A program made the position numbers and the translations under genes. From positions 1 to 64,000 of the forward strand of contig NW_021833056.1 in NCBI RefSeq assembly GCF_006345805.1: a DNA stretch of 64,000 nt. Reading direction: 5' to 3'. Source of the stretch: Octopus sinensis. Taxonomy: Eukaryota. Positions 31,892 to 46,586 of this stretch are shown piece by piece (within the stretch, counting starts at the first letter, position 1; each line of letters opens with the position of its first letter). Under the pieces are notes generated by a model. That model searched no databases and was not told where the DNA came from. It worked only from the letters and a program-made list of their open reading frames with translations.

Positions 31892-31952
<61 letters not shown>

Positions 31953-31969
31953 ATGTATGTATGAATGTA

Positions 31970-32000
<31 letters not shown>

Positions 32001-32665
32001 CACGTGATCACGTGACCGACAAGGCTACCAGATGTTGCTACACATCGTGGTCACAATTCACTTCGCTTTGTTTTAGCCTCCAAATGACGCCACCCCGCTG
32101 GCTAAGCGAGCAGGCTTATATATATACAAAGACATACATATATGTATCTGAATATAATATATGCATACATACTAAGAGCCAACGTTACGACAGAAAACGT
32201 CGCCACTGATAAGAGGAAGAATTAGTTGTGGAATGTCCCAGTGATATAGTTGTGGTAATCAGATGACCATCGGGTGTTAACATAAACCTTAAGATCAGCG
32301 AAAAACAAAATACCTACACTGTACATTTAAGAAACCTAGTCATGCATGCGTATATAATACATACATATATAATACACACACGTACATACATATATATGAT
32401 CTAAGTTTACTACAAAGTACCACAAAGGACTGAAAGACCAATTTGGGTTGCGTTTAGGTGGATTTGAAACAAAACTAGATCTCTTATCCATGTACAAGGA
32501 TGTAGCGATTGTTACAGAGGTTAGCGAAAGGACAGGGATAAACAGATAGTTAGTTAGTTAGTTAAGTTATTTAGTTAGTTTAGCTAGTCAGTTAGATAGA
32601 TAGATAGACATATACACACACACACATACAAAAAGACGCGAGCCCGCGTGCAAGCATAAGTATAT

Positions 32666-34474
32666 CCTTAAATCCTTAAAAATGTTTCAGCCTGAAGGCC
32701 GCGGCCATGCTGGGGCACCACCGCTGAATGATCCACACTAGCCTGTAAATCCACCTCTGATACGTGGCACTTGATCAACAAGGGAGTTCGATGCTGCTGC
32801 CCGCATCCGCGTCTCCTGTCGTGAGGTAGGTTCATCTGGGACTCCCAACAAGAAGAGATCCAGTTTAGTTTTAAAGAAACCCACATCCACACCATGCAAG
32901 TCTCTCAGGCATTTAGGGAGGATGTTAAAGAGCTGTGGTCCTCTGGAACCCAAGCTGTTGCAGTATCTGGACCTGTATTTTGATGGTTAATTTGGAATCC
33001 TTGGCACCATGCAGCGGCACCCCGTTCTGCGGTTGGAGTAACTTTGAATGCCAAATTTGGGACAAGACCCTCCAGGATTTTCCAGATGTATATCACTGCA
33101 TATCTCTCCCGCCTCCGCTCTAGGGAGAAGAGGTTTAATACTTTCAGTCTTTCCCAGTAGCTGATATTTTGCATTGAGACGATTTTCTTTGTGTAGCTTC
33201 TCTGAATTGCTTCGAGTTCTGCTGTTTGTTTTATATTGTGTGGTGACCAAAGTTGGGAGCAGTAGTCCAAGCGGCTGAGGACGAATGTTTTCCATAGGAC
33301 CATCAGTGTCTCCTTCTCTCTTGTTCTGAAAGTTCGGAGAATCCATCCAGCTAGCCGTCTGCATTTTATCACCAGATTAGCAATATGCATTTGGAAAGAT
33401 GCATCATTGCTCATGTCAATGCCCAGGTCACGCACTGATTTTGACTCAGGGATTGCAATTCTTCCTGGGCCAGTGTATCCAGTCTTCACGTCATTTACCT
33501 TTGTGTGCCAATAGCGCAGGGCCTGGAACTTACCTGCATTAAACTGCATGTTGTTGTCCTCAGCCCACCTGTATAATGTGTCCAGCTCATGTTGCAGATA
33601 CGCAATATTTTCAGGGTTTTGTATTGCGTGGGAGACTTTTGTGTCATCTGCATAGCTAGCAAGGGTGGTCATCGTAGCAACTGAAGGCATGTCTGAAAGG
33701 GCCACTATGAACATCAGTGTCCCCAAGACAGTGCCCTGTGGGACACCGCTTGTTATTTGCGTTTCCTTGGAGGTGGCTCCATTGCTCACAACTGCCTGTT
33801 TTCTGTCTTTTAGGAAGTTGTGCAGCCACTCTCCAAGTTTCCCGCCTATGCCGAGACCACGCAGTTTGTGACAGATCATACCACGGTCGAATTTATCAAA
33901 GGCTTTTGCAAAGTCGAGATATATTACATCCACATTTGAGCCATTTAGTAGCTGTTTCAACACCCAGTCATAGTGTTGCAGGAGCTGTGTTAGGCAGCCT
34001 CTACCTGGTCGAAATCCATGCTGGGTGTCAGACAGCAAGTCATTTTCTTCAAGGAACATGATTAGTTTCTTACGGACTATTCGCTCCATGACTTTGCTGA
34101 TGTGTGAGGTCAGAGAGATAGGCCTATAATTTTTAGCATCTGCTCTGCTACCTCCCTTATGGATAGGGCATATTACCCCCTCTTTCAATTTGACTGGGAG
34201 CTTACCACTTGCAAGAAAGCTCTGAAAAAGAAGCTGTAGCGGTTTTGCAAGGGCTCGTTTGCACGATTTGAGAAGGTTCGCTGGGAATCCATCAGGTCCA
34301 GCAGCTGAGTTTGTGTCAATCTCATCAATGGCTAGTGTGATATCATCATCTTCGATGTTGATGTACTCAATTTTTGTCTCTTTGGCCACAGGTAAAGTGG
34401 CAAAGAATTCTTCTGTGTTGTTTACTTGCCTGTGTCCTAGAAGTGCAGTGAACACACTTTGGAACTGTTCGAAG
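32666..34474 (-). mobile_element. 5'-truncated CR1-type LINE, unit-2-specific, RT ORF open
   Basis: 541-aa ORF with NYRPISLTS, QHGFR, YLDFAKAFD, GVPQGTVLG and YADD; the empty site ATAAGTATAT|ATTGACGAAT is present in units 1 and 3. Confidence 0.92.
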
Positions 34475-34699
34475 TATTGACGAATACAACAGCCTTCTTG
34501 TGATATTGCTAGGGTAACATAAATATTCATATCTATCTATCTCTCCCTCTCTCTCTCAAATTATATATGTATATATATATATAATGTATGTATATATGTA
34601 TGACTCTATGTATGTATGTATATATATGTATAATATATATATATATTATATATATATTATATATATATAATATATATAATATATAATATATATATAATG

Positions 34700-34792
<93 letters not shown>

Positions 34793-35044
34793 TATATATA
34801 TATATATATTACGTTTAATATTTGTTGTGCAAGAATTTTTATGTGAAGTCGTGTGTTGAAACAGATATTGTTATATTTCGGAATGGTCATATTGCCAGTT
34901 TAGCCAATAAAAACACACGCACTATATATTTGCTGTTATTTTGTTCATGTGTTTACATCCACTTATTATTATCATTAAATATGCTGGTATGTATGTATGT
35001 ATAACAACAATACTAATAATAATAATTATAAATCTAATCAAAAA

Positions 35045-35084
<40 letters not shown>

Positions 35085-35090
<6 letters not shown>

Positions 35091-35802
35091 ATAGTTATTT
35101 ATTTCTATTTGTCTTTTTGTCTGTATATTTATTATGTTTTCGGAATCCTCTATCGTGATATGTTGTGGTGTGTGTTAGTGCTCTATTCTAGTTTTCTATT
35201 CAGGCTAGCTTTATTTTCTATTATGTGTGTAGCTTCTGTAATTTGTTTAATTGTTGCATCTGTTCTATGTGTGGACAATATTTTAATTTTTATGTTATTG
35301 ATTGATCCCCCGTGTTCCTGTTCGGCGTGTTGGTACAGAATCGATGAGCTTTTACCTTCCTTGAGTTGTCTCCAATGGCCATTTATCCGCTCTCCTAAGC
35401 TTCTTGCCATTTCCCCTACGTATATCGTTGTCTTGTTACTGCATCCTCCCTCTATACATCTTATACTATAGACTACATTTCTGGCTTTACAGTTTGTTTT
35501 TGGTCTAAATCTACATACAGTACACTACTTATCCGTACATGGGGTTCTACTAGAAGGATAGGTTCTACCAATTATAGATTTGATAGGGTAGCCTGGCTTT
35601 TCAACAACTTAATTCTTAGCTTAAGTTTGTCTAGGGTCCTTCTAAAGCGGTACGCCAGTTCACCTCCAGGGTGGTGTCAACGAACATGACACTCTGGGAT
35701 TTATGGCTATCATACCAAGAGTTGGCCTTCTCTATTTTCTATTTTGTCCTTTCTATAGTGTTCCATGGCTTGTTTCTATAGAGTGGGCAAATCCCATTCC
35801 TA
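35085..35802 (-). mobile_element. Penelope-like element 3' remnant (unit 3), fused to exon D by a deletion
   Basis: GIY-YIG region present; PLE sequence stops at CCCATTCCTA and exon D sequence begins at TAGTCTCTCTGCC. Confidence 0.9.
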
Positions 35803-36171
35803 GTCTCTCTGCCGATCTGCCTTCTTTGAAGCGTAGGTGAGAGACGAAAGTTGTTGTAGCCTACCGTGCGCGTCCATTCTTCCACCACCGTAGGAACTTC
35901 AGCAGATGAAATGCCGAATGTGGTCATCTTAAAGACATAACTGTGCATCATTTGATTATAGAGAGAGGCACTTGTAGAATACCAGTACCACTCTGAGTCT
36001 CTGTGACTAGAACCTAGTGGCAGACCGAACAGAGAGGACTTTTCATCAGGTCAAACAGCAGGTTTTCCATCAGTAGGCACCTCTGATGCAACCAAGGGAT
36101 CTAGATATATGGTCATACATACATACATATATTTATACATGTATATATATATGTGTGTGTGTGGTGTGTGC

Positions 36172-36260
<89 letters not shown>

Positions 36261-36286
36261 TATATGTATATCTATATATATATATA

Positions 36287-39200
36287 TTTGTTTCTCTCCC
36301 AAGTCAGTAGCAAGCTACACAGCTTCAAAACTAACTGACCTTAAATATATATATATTTGTAACCACGTGTTTGCCTACAAACCCGTAAGTACGTTTTCAT
36401 TTAACTACAAATTGTTATATACACCTGTTTTTCTTTTAATATCCTCAAAAACACCAAATAATGAAAAACTCACCCCTTAAGAGAGAACATTTATATATAT
36501 ATACACTTCTTTAACTCCCAAGAAGAATATATATATTTTCAAAAATCAAAAGGAACACAAACAAAAGAAAAACAAACATGACTAACTTGCAGGCCTGCAA
36601 CAGACGAAATTGGTCTGATAACGAACTTGATGTTTTAATAAACACATGGCTCTCTCTTTCCCAAACAGAAAATCTAAATGTCTTGTGTTGAATGAGATTG
36701 CCGAAAAAAACATCACAAGTGGTCAACACACGATCCGTCAAACAGATTCGTAGCAAGTTGAAACATATCGAAGTATCTTTCAAACTGATAAGAGGCCATT
36801 ATGAAAAGCTTCTACATATTTTCACAGTTCAAGAACAACAACAGCTAGAAAATCAGCAGCCACAACAACAACAACAGAATGAGCCACTCCTGGTTCCCAG
36901 CACAATGGCTGACCCTGACATCGGTCAGGCACAACAACAACAACAACAGCCACAGCAACAAGAACAACAGCCACTCCTCAACTCTAGCTTACTAGACGAT
37001 TCACTAAATGCCAGTATCTTTTCACCGCTCTCACAGCAACCACCACAATTATCATCATCATCATCACCACCGCTGCCACCATCGTCTTCCATCACCAAAA
37101 ATACCAACAGAAAACCAAATAAGAAACCACTGCCCTCTTCCCCCACATCACCACCTCAATACTACTGCAGTAACAAAAACTTAAAGAAACATAGGAAGCA
37201 GAATGCGCCCCCCACGGCTCAAACAAGAAATCCCCAAATATGCCGCTATTCACTGCGCCAGAGACTCTGCACAAATAGTGACTGCATCTTCACGCATCTA
37301 CCCGGCACTAGACGCACTACCGGCCAAGGCCAAAGCACGCATCCCACAATAACATCAACACCACCAAATAGTAAATCGAAATTAAAAACACACACAACTC
37401 GGAGTCCCAAAATCTGCCGGTATTCCCAACGTGAGAGAACATGTCTACTGAGTGACTGTCCCTTCACTCATCTTCCAGGGACCCGACGCACAAACAAAAC
37501 GGGGCCTCAAGCCAACACACCAAACCTGAATAACAATAAAAATAGAAACACACCATGCTGCAGTAATGCTGGTCCAGTCTTTTCAGGAAGACACAAAAAC
37601 AACAACAACAAAAGTGGAAACTACAACCTATCCAACAGTGCAACCACACCTCCAGCCAAAAACTGCTCCCTAAGCAGGAAAATTCTTTTTTAGCCATGTT
37701 GAACATGGCAAAAGAATACACAAAAACATTCTAGCCATCACTCAACACCATCCTATGCTATTACCCCAGTGCACCAATTCCCCACATTGCTGCCACTAAC
37801 ACACACAAAAAATCCAAGCCCCCTGCAACAGTCAAAACCAGCCACTACACTAACCTCCACATTCCTACTCAATGCACAAGGTGTCAGCCCTTCCATCAAT
37901 GCACAAAAATGGAAGGTCCAATTCATTGAAGACTGGGTTGGTAACCATTCACACACATCCCTTTCTGCATTCTCCCTGAGACCCACCTTGACAACTCCAC
38001 TTGGAAGCCGAAGTGAGAGTGAAGAATTTCACAACCATCCGCGCGGATCGTATCGGCAGGAGGAAGGGTGGAACTGCCATTTTCCTGCATGATTCATTTA
38101 CGGCAGATGGAAATAGTATATTCTCCAACGGCTACTGTGAATCAGTCACCGTGCACAACAAAGCCAATGACCTGACAGTAATGGGCTCTATAGGCCGCCC
38201 CAAACACCCATACTGTGCTTTAAAGAATGCCTCAACAGCATTTAGTGCTTTATTCAACAGTGCCATTCTAGCAACATACTCATGATGGGAGACTTCAATC
38301 TACCCTGTGTTGACTGGACTACAAACTGTTTGAAACCAAGCACTCCCGCCTCAACCGCTGACAAAGAAGCAGCAGAGTCACTTTTCGACTTTACGAATGA
38401 GTTTTTCTTGTCCCAACTTGTCCTTGCACCAACAAGACATCAGAACATTTTGGACCTAGTGTTTAGTAACCACACTAACACTATACATAACGTTACAGTG
38501 GAAAAAAACTTCTTTCAGACCATGACATGGTTCTCTGTAACATGAAATTCCACCAGCCGAAAGCTAATCCTAGTGACCTTCCTCCAGCCCACCCATTTGA
38601 CAACATGGATCTCCATAAAGCCCTGGGATGGACAATCAGGAACGAGCTATCAAATGTTGACTGGTCCTTTACACATACACATCTCCACCAACCATAAAAC
38701 ATCTTGGCAGATCTTTGTAGACACCGTCACAGACATATGTGCAAAACACTCCCCACCAAGACCTGTGAACAAAAAGTGCAGAATCCCCCAAAACAGAAAA
38801 ACCATTATCAGAAAAATAAAAAGAACAAACAAAAAAATTAACAAACTAAAGTACTGCCAACAGCAACACACACATTCGACGGCTATCGCACTGCTTGAAT
38901 CCAAAAAAATAACCTCCAACAATGCATGAAGACCCTCATCAATAACCAAGATCAGCTGAGGAGAAGTGGGCCATTGAAAAAATCAAACTCAACCCCAAAG
39001 TGTTCTTTTCATTGCGAGGAAACGCAGGGTCACTGTCTCCACTGTAGGCCCTCTAATTGACGAAACTGGCACTCTCCAAGATAATGCCAAATCCATGGCC
39101 GAGATACTGCAGAAACAATACTGCTCTGTTTTCAGCAATCCTGATATGGCCGATCTGGGCTGTATCAGTGATGTCAACCCCCAACACACTATATTCAACA

Positions 39201-40884
39201 TAACGTTTAGTGCCCTGACTGATGTTTAGCGGCGATAAACGAAATAAAACACAATTCAGCAGTAGGCCCCGATAGGTTCCCTGCTTGTGTCCTGAAGGTG
39301 TGTCGACACCAACTTGCATCTCCCCTTGCTAATCTGTGGAGAAACTCACTGGATGCTGGCTATATTCCAAAAAACCTTCTGTCCCAGTCTGTTGTCCCAG
39401 TTTTCAAAAAGGGAAACAAGTCCCTTGCAGTGAATTACCGTCCGATCTCACTCACCTCTCATATCATCAAGGTATTTGAGAGGGTTGTGAGATCTCGAAT
39501 AACCCAATTTCTGGAAAGCAACAGACGGCTGATCTCCAACCAACATGGGTTCCGTAATGGAAGGGACTGCCTAACGCAGCTCCTGCATCACTTTGAGGAC
39601 ATTTTGAGAGCTTTGGGAGAGGGCTCCAACACCGATGTCATCTACCTTGATTTCAGTATGGCCTTCGACAGGGTCGATCACAAGATCCTATTGAAAAAAC
39701 TATCCAACATTGGTGTCTCTGGAAAGTTACTGAAATGGATAAGTGTTTCCTGACAGACAGATCTCAACATGTTTAGTTGAAGGGGTAAAATCAAGCCCAG
39801 CCAAAGTCAGTAGTGGCGTTCCGCAAGGCACTGTGCTGGGCCCACTCTTTTCATCATTTACATTAATGACATTAATGACATCATCAAGCACAGCAACATA
39901 AAAATCTTTGCAGATGACTCCAAGCTACAGAAGGTCATAAATGAGGCGAGTGACCGGACATGCCTTCAGTCAGATCTACTGGCTGTTATCCAATGGGCAG
40001 AAAAAAACAATATGCTGCTGAACGAGGATAAATTTGAGCTAATCCACTTTGGAAAAGAGGATGCCCTGAAACTCCCATACTCCCTTCCTTCAGGTGAAAC
40101 TCTCGCGGCGTCCAACAACATCAGAGACTGGGAGTAATTGTGGACAACAACGTAAGCTGGGCCACTCATATAAACACCAAAGTTGACATGGCCCGCAGAA
40201 TGTGTTCCTGGATTCTCAGAACTTTCCAGTCGAGAGATATCCACACCATTATCCTTCTCTTCTCCACTTTTGCCCGACCCCACACTTGAATACTGTTGTC
40301 CACTGTGGTCTCCCCACACAATACAAGGTATCATAAAAGTTGAAGCACCTCAAAGGGCAATCACAAAAAAGATAGATGGCATGACAGGCCTCGACTATTG
40401 GGGTCGACTAGAAAAGCTAAAACTCTATTCTCTCCAACGTCGTCGTGAGCGCTACATCATCTGCATGATGTGGAAAATATTCCATCAGCATTGCCCAAAT
40501 GATGTTGGCATCACCTTTAAGGTACATCCAAGGCTTGGGCCCCGTGCCATCCGCCCAAAACAAAAATCGCACTCTCATCTCATAACAACAATACGGCACA
40601 ATTATTTCACCTCAATTGGCCCCGCTCTCTTTAACATTACACCAAAACACATTAAAACAGAAACTGACCCTATAGGGTTCAAGAAGTCTTTGGACAGATT
40701 CCTTCAAGAAATCCCGGATAAACCCCCTACACCCGGATATGTCTCTGTAAACAATAACTCTCTACTTGAGTGGGCCATAGTGCCCAAATTCTGACTTGAA
40801 AGACTTCACCAGGTGGTGCTATTAAGTTAGACATGGCCTGGGCCAATAATGGCCGAAACCTATCAAAGTATCAAAGTATCAAAG

Positions 40885-40885
<1 letters not shown>
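36287..40885 (+). mobile_element. Full-length CR1-like LINE (ORF1 plus APE-RT ORF2, frameshifted), (TATCAAAG)n tail, inserted in (TA)n
   Basis: APE motifs (MGDFNLP, LDLVF), RT motifs (NYRPISLTS, QHGFR, YLDF, GVPQG, FADD) and a 3' tail at 40861-40885. Confidence 0.92.
36578..37693 (+). pseudogene. CR1 ORF1: Myb/SANT-like N-terminus, poly-Q/S/P linker, two CCCH zinc fingers
   Basis: RRNWSDNE.DVLI.TW...RSVKQIRSKLKHI; CRYSLRQRLCTNSDCIFTH and CRYSQRERTCLLSDCPFTH (C-x8-C-x4-C-x3-H); frameshift near 36690. Confidence 0.7.
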
Positions 40886-40916
<31 letters not shown>

Positions 40917-41159
40917 CATGCATGTCTGTATGTATGTATGTATGCATGAAAAGAAGCATATAAGGCGTTGTGTCAAAAGAGATGTGGTGAGAGGTGAAAT
41001 CGATTGAGAAAAGCAATTAAAAATGTATAGGACTCATAAAAATGATTCATAAGTTGGTTGACAGAAGTTAGATCCTGGCTGACTGCTTCAACTTGAATGC
41101 ATTACTTTCATTTCTTAATTTTCATTAAAAGTATTATTATTATTTTTATTATTAACATT

Positions 41160-42011
41160 ACTTTTTTTTTTCTTCTTTCAAATTTGCTTCCATTTCTTGC
41201 CGAGTGTCTTCCCGACTCCTAGGGCAAAGAAACTCATAGTATACATTGGTAGGCCATTAAACCAAACTCAATAGTTGTTTTTTTTTTTTAAAGTTAAATT
41301 AAAATACATGAGCAGCAACAGTTCTCACATCGACAATGCTCTTCTCAATACATGTGATGTACCAGTTAAGACAATCTTTTGCACTTCTTGCAGGGATGGT
41401 AAGCCAGGGATCATTCTCATATAATTTTCGAGTCCCTTCTTGATCATTCCTAGTGCTCCTACGATCACTGGTATTGTAACCGCCTTGAGATGCCACATTT
41501 TCTCAATTTCAATGAGTAGGTCTTTATATTTTCTGAGCTTGTCAAACTCTTTCGCTGAGATATTATGATCACAGGGGATGCTCATGTCGATCAATAAGCA
41601 AACTTTATTGTTTTGGTCTTTCACAACAATATCTGGTTTATTGGCCTTGATGGTTCGGTCTGTATGTACTGGAAAGTCCCACAGAATGGTTACATTTTCT
41701 CCTTCAGTTACAGCCTCAGGGTGGTGATTATACCACTTGTCGGCAGTTTTGATATTGTAATGCCGACTTATTAGCCAGTGTAGATATTGGCCAACTCTGT
41801 CATGTCTTAATTTATACTCCACTGGTGCTAAGACTTTGCATCCAGAGATTAAATGGTCCACTGTCGTTGCAGAATCGGCATTTTGGGTCTGCTCCATTTT
41901 TCATCACATTGGCCTTGTAGTTCCGGGTTAATAGGCTTTGATCTTGAGCAGCCAGGATGAAACCTTCGCTCTCTGCTTTTAGCCCTGAGCTCCGTAGCCA
42001 CTGATGGGTTA

Positions 42012-42012
<1 letters not shown>
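41160..42012 (-). mobile_element. Dong/R4-like 3' fragment (copy C)
   Basis: RLE ORF 41325-41897; the 5' truncation abuts (ATT)n. Confidence 0.9.
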
Positions 42013-42051
<39 letters not shown>

Positions 42052-42072
42052 ATTATTATTATTATTATCATA

Positions 42073-42126
<54 letters not shown>

Positions 42127-44359
42127 TATGTTTGACTTTTGCTTTATATTTGTACAAGTTGCCTCCAAGTCTCACCCAGAGACCTCAAGAGACAACAGGT
42201 TGGAAGTTCATGTTGTTGTTATGTCTAGTGTGCCATATATTTGGGGGGAAGTTTTTGGTGTTGTACTAATGAATGTCTAAAAAAAAAATTTTTTTCTTTT
42301 TTTTTTCTTTTTAAAACCGGAAATTATGTTTGTTTTAAACCTTGAGATTACATAGAAAGTATTTTGCGTAGGATATAAGCAGTTCCCATGAGCACTATCT
42401 TTTGAATTTCTGCCATTTTGGGGTTTTCTGGATTTTATTATTATTATTATTATTATTTTATTATTATTATTATTATTATTATTATATTATTATTATTATT
42501 ATTATTATTTTATTATTAGAGCGGCGAAATCGATTTTATATTTGATCCTTTCGGGTTGATAAATTACATCGGGGTCGATGTAATCATCTAGTCCCCACCA
42601 CCAAAATTAGGAGAAAAAACAGCCCATTTGTATTTACAAGTAAGGATTATTATTTCCTCTACGCACAACAGATTAGACTGGAACAAGAAAAGTTCCTAAC
42701 ATCGGGCTACAGCAAGTAACCTTATATGCGAAAAACCTTCCTAAGTATCCTAGCTGTCCCTAATAACACGGTTTCCTGGAGCTGCACTAAAGTAGTTTTA
42801 CGCCTAGTTTTTCTATTTCTTTGTGAAGCCCTTAGGGATAATTCGTAATGCACTTATAGCTACAGGGATACATTTTATCCACACATTTCCTAGCCTCTAT
42901 CACTGAATGGCTAGACCCTGGTACTTTGCTATTTTCTGTATAGTTTCCATATTGATTTTCTCATCATTTGGGATTTTAAAGTCAATTACCTGACACTTTC
43001 CTTTCTCTTAGGCTACTACTTCCAAATGAGGCTTTGTAGTTTCTATTAATCTCTCGGCCTGAATAATAAAATCCCACTATGTCTTATATTTTTTGTTATT
43101 TTCTAGCACTTTACTAGATTCATATTTATAACACTTATCTGTATGGTCAATTTCTAGCTATCTACATAACTTCCTCTGGATTATTCTACACAACTTATCA
43201 TGAGTAGTTCTTTACCCTTTGATTTACTTAACCTGCTTTGTTAATCTGCCTGATTTTCTTCTATCCTGGCTTTTATCCAAATAGTCCTCAATATCAAACA
43301 TTGTGTTATTACTAGCAACAGTTTTGTTTCCCTTTTCAGTCTTGCTTTGTGAATCCATAGCTGTCTCATTATTATTTTCTTCTGAGATTATCTTTGGAAA
43401 TCTACCGTGCAAAGCCTTCTCTTGCCAGTCAGATAATCTTACTTCGTTTTTTTAAAAGGTCTTTAACCCCTTTGGCCTTTTGGTTTCCCTATCTCCTACT
43501 GTTACACTTGAGGTTCTTTATAAAGTTTCATCATTGTTACCTGCATATGAGGCTATATTTACTATAGCTAACTTCGCCCGATAGATTTTATCTTCCTCCA
43601 TTACTATTATATATTCGAGGAGCCTTAAATTTTAAAGATTTACCAACTGGGAATCGAAATGGTGAAGTATTTGAAACATTATCGAAGGCAGCAGAAAAAT
43701 ATACTTTACGTAGTTATGATGGTAAGTGAATGAGATGACTAGAAGAATCTGCAGGTATTGATGTTTCGCCAATCTTAACTGAGGCGAAGCTATGCATAGC
43801 TATATGCAGTTGACGCGCTTAAATACCCTGTAGAACTGTATCAGCTGATTGAAAGTACATTCATTGAAGACTTTTAACGAAGCTACTTTAAAATTTCCTT
43901 TAACAATTCATACAGGGAATAGATTTGATATTGTGATTGCATGTTGTTAGTTGTACCACATTAGGCTTACCAGACCCGGTTCTTAATTTTCATTCTAATG
44001 TTCAAACGGATATTTTGGAGAACCGAACTTAATTTGAGAAGGGGTCTGAGGTTTCGTTCTCACATTATAATACTCCAAACGTTCATCACCAGAATATGAG
44101 GTGGAATTCACGTGGATTTTGTTCATTAACAACTCCACTGGAAAATTTATAGCTCATCTTCCTCATTCAAATGATCATCATCTTGATCATGATAATCTTC
44201 ACAATGCCCCTCCAGCTCATCATATTCGTTACTATCGTCATCAAAATCTTTTTCTCAGCATATAGCTACCAAATTTATTTCTATGCCCTTATTATAATTA
44301 CACGGACACACACATATATTATATCTATCTGTCTATCTATCTATGTAAGTATCTATCTA

Positions 44360-44420
<61 letters not shown>

Positions 44421-44453
44421 ATCTATCTATCTATTTATCGATCTATATAGCTA

Positions 44454-44492
<39 letters not shown>

Positions 44493-44633
44493 TTATCTTT
44501 ATATATACCTATCTTATCTACCTATGTATCTTATCAATCTATCTAGCTGATGTGTCTTATTTATCTATCTATCTATCTTATATATCTATCTATTTATCTA
44601 TCTATCTGTATGTCTATATGTATATATGTATAA

Positions 44634-44682
<49 letters not shown>

Positions 44683-44906
44683 ATATATAAAATCAGTAGA
44701 CCCATGCAGTTGCCGAGTGGTACCCGCGCGAGCGGAAAAGACCACCCGGAAGACCTCCACGACGGTGGAGTTACGATTTCAAGATGGCGATTGGGACCAC
44801 GTGGATGAGAAAGGCGCGATCCAAAGAGGAATTAACAGCCTGCTGTGACCAGCGATGTCAAGTGGACGCCTGACGGACTGGTCGGTCAAGTGATCATGAC
44901 GAAGTG

Positions 44907-44985
<79 letters not shown>

Positions 44986-45195
44986 TTAACCGCTGGTAGC
45001 GGAGATTTTTTTCTAGAATTTTTTGCTACACTTATATTTATTAATATTATATATATACGCCCACATATACATATGTATGTATAATATACTTATACGTATA
45101 TATAATATAAAGCTGAGGTTGATGATGATGATGATGATGATTGTTTACCACCACATTGCAGTACTGCGTCGATGTCATTGCATTAAAATTCTGAT

Positions 45196-46501
45196 TCATT
45201 GTAGTAGTCGGGACACACAAGACAGTGGCTGGTTGTTTAAGTATGTTCTAAATGTTAAGTCAAGTGAAGTAAACAACAAAGCTTTGGTCCTAAAATAGTC
45301 AACAATACTCTTCTCAAAACATTTCACAAAACTTTCTCTCTGTAAGAAATTAGCATTGTTTACCTTTTTGTATAGTGGTGACACAATAAATCACACACGC
45401 GTACACATTCATAATACTTACATACATGCATACATACATACATACATACATACATACATACATACATACATACATACATACATACATACATACATACAAC
45501 ATACATACATACATCAAGCTTACCTGCATACATACGTCCATCCATCCACATATAAATGCAACAAGCTTACATGTCTACATAGATACCAGTGGTTGAGGCA
45601 GGGGTGTTGCCCTAGTTTCTGGTCTGCTACAACATAGAATACATGAAAATGTGTCCATTTGTTACAAATTGCGATTCCCGACTAACATAGCAATTTTTTG
45701 GAAACAAAAAAGATCTTGGGTCCCCACTGCATACACACAGACGCATTCAAACAATCTTAAGCAAACACATATATGCATATTTATATATCGTTTTAGAAGC
45801 TTCGAAGAAACTATAAGCTTATTCCCAAGCACCCATCTCTGCATGCACTGTAACTACTAGAAACTGCAGTGAGCTTATTAAAATGAAATACGTAATTCAT
45901 GTCCTCTAAAAACACACACATACACCCAAACAGAAAGGCATACAATGACACATAAACAAACACACACATGTGATGGTTGCAACTTCATTCCGAAATATGC
46001 CACATTTGTTTACTCAACGAAGCAGGGACGTGTATCTTTTAGTCCTGTTAGGGATCTAAACACTTTTGCGCAATCAAAGACATACTAACGAAGGAGACTT
46101 CCTGCTGCAGTTTTTGAGAGACTTACCATCTTCCCTGACTCATATCTTTGTTCTCTCATGAAATTTTCAACTTTGTGTTTTCCCGATCGCAGGCTGTGTG
46201 CCTTGTCGTTCGAAGGCTGTGCGTTTTGGCTGCGTCTGAGGAAAAATAGAAGGAGAGAACCTTTGCACATGGCAATTCCGACTCCCTCCCCAAACAGCCA
46301 ATACATTCCTGCCAAACAAACAACTATTCTACATCATAAGTATTACATAAGAGAGATGTCACAACAAAAGCAGTTATATCGCACTCCCAGCCATTGGAGG
46401 GCTGTTGATTCTCCTGTGATCACCCGGCCTTTGAAATAGTTTGCTTTTCGACCTGCAGGGAGTTAAACGAAGGGTGTCCACCTTACCAAGTACATACATA
46501 A

Positions 46502-46586
<85 letters not shown>

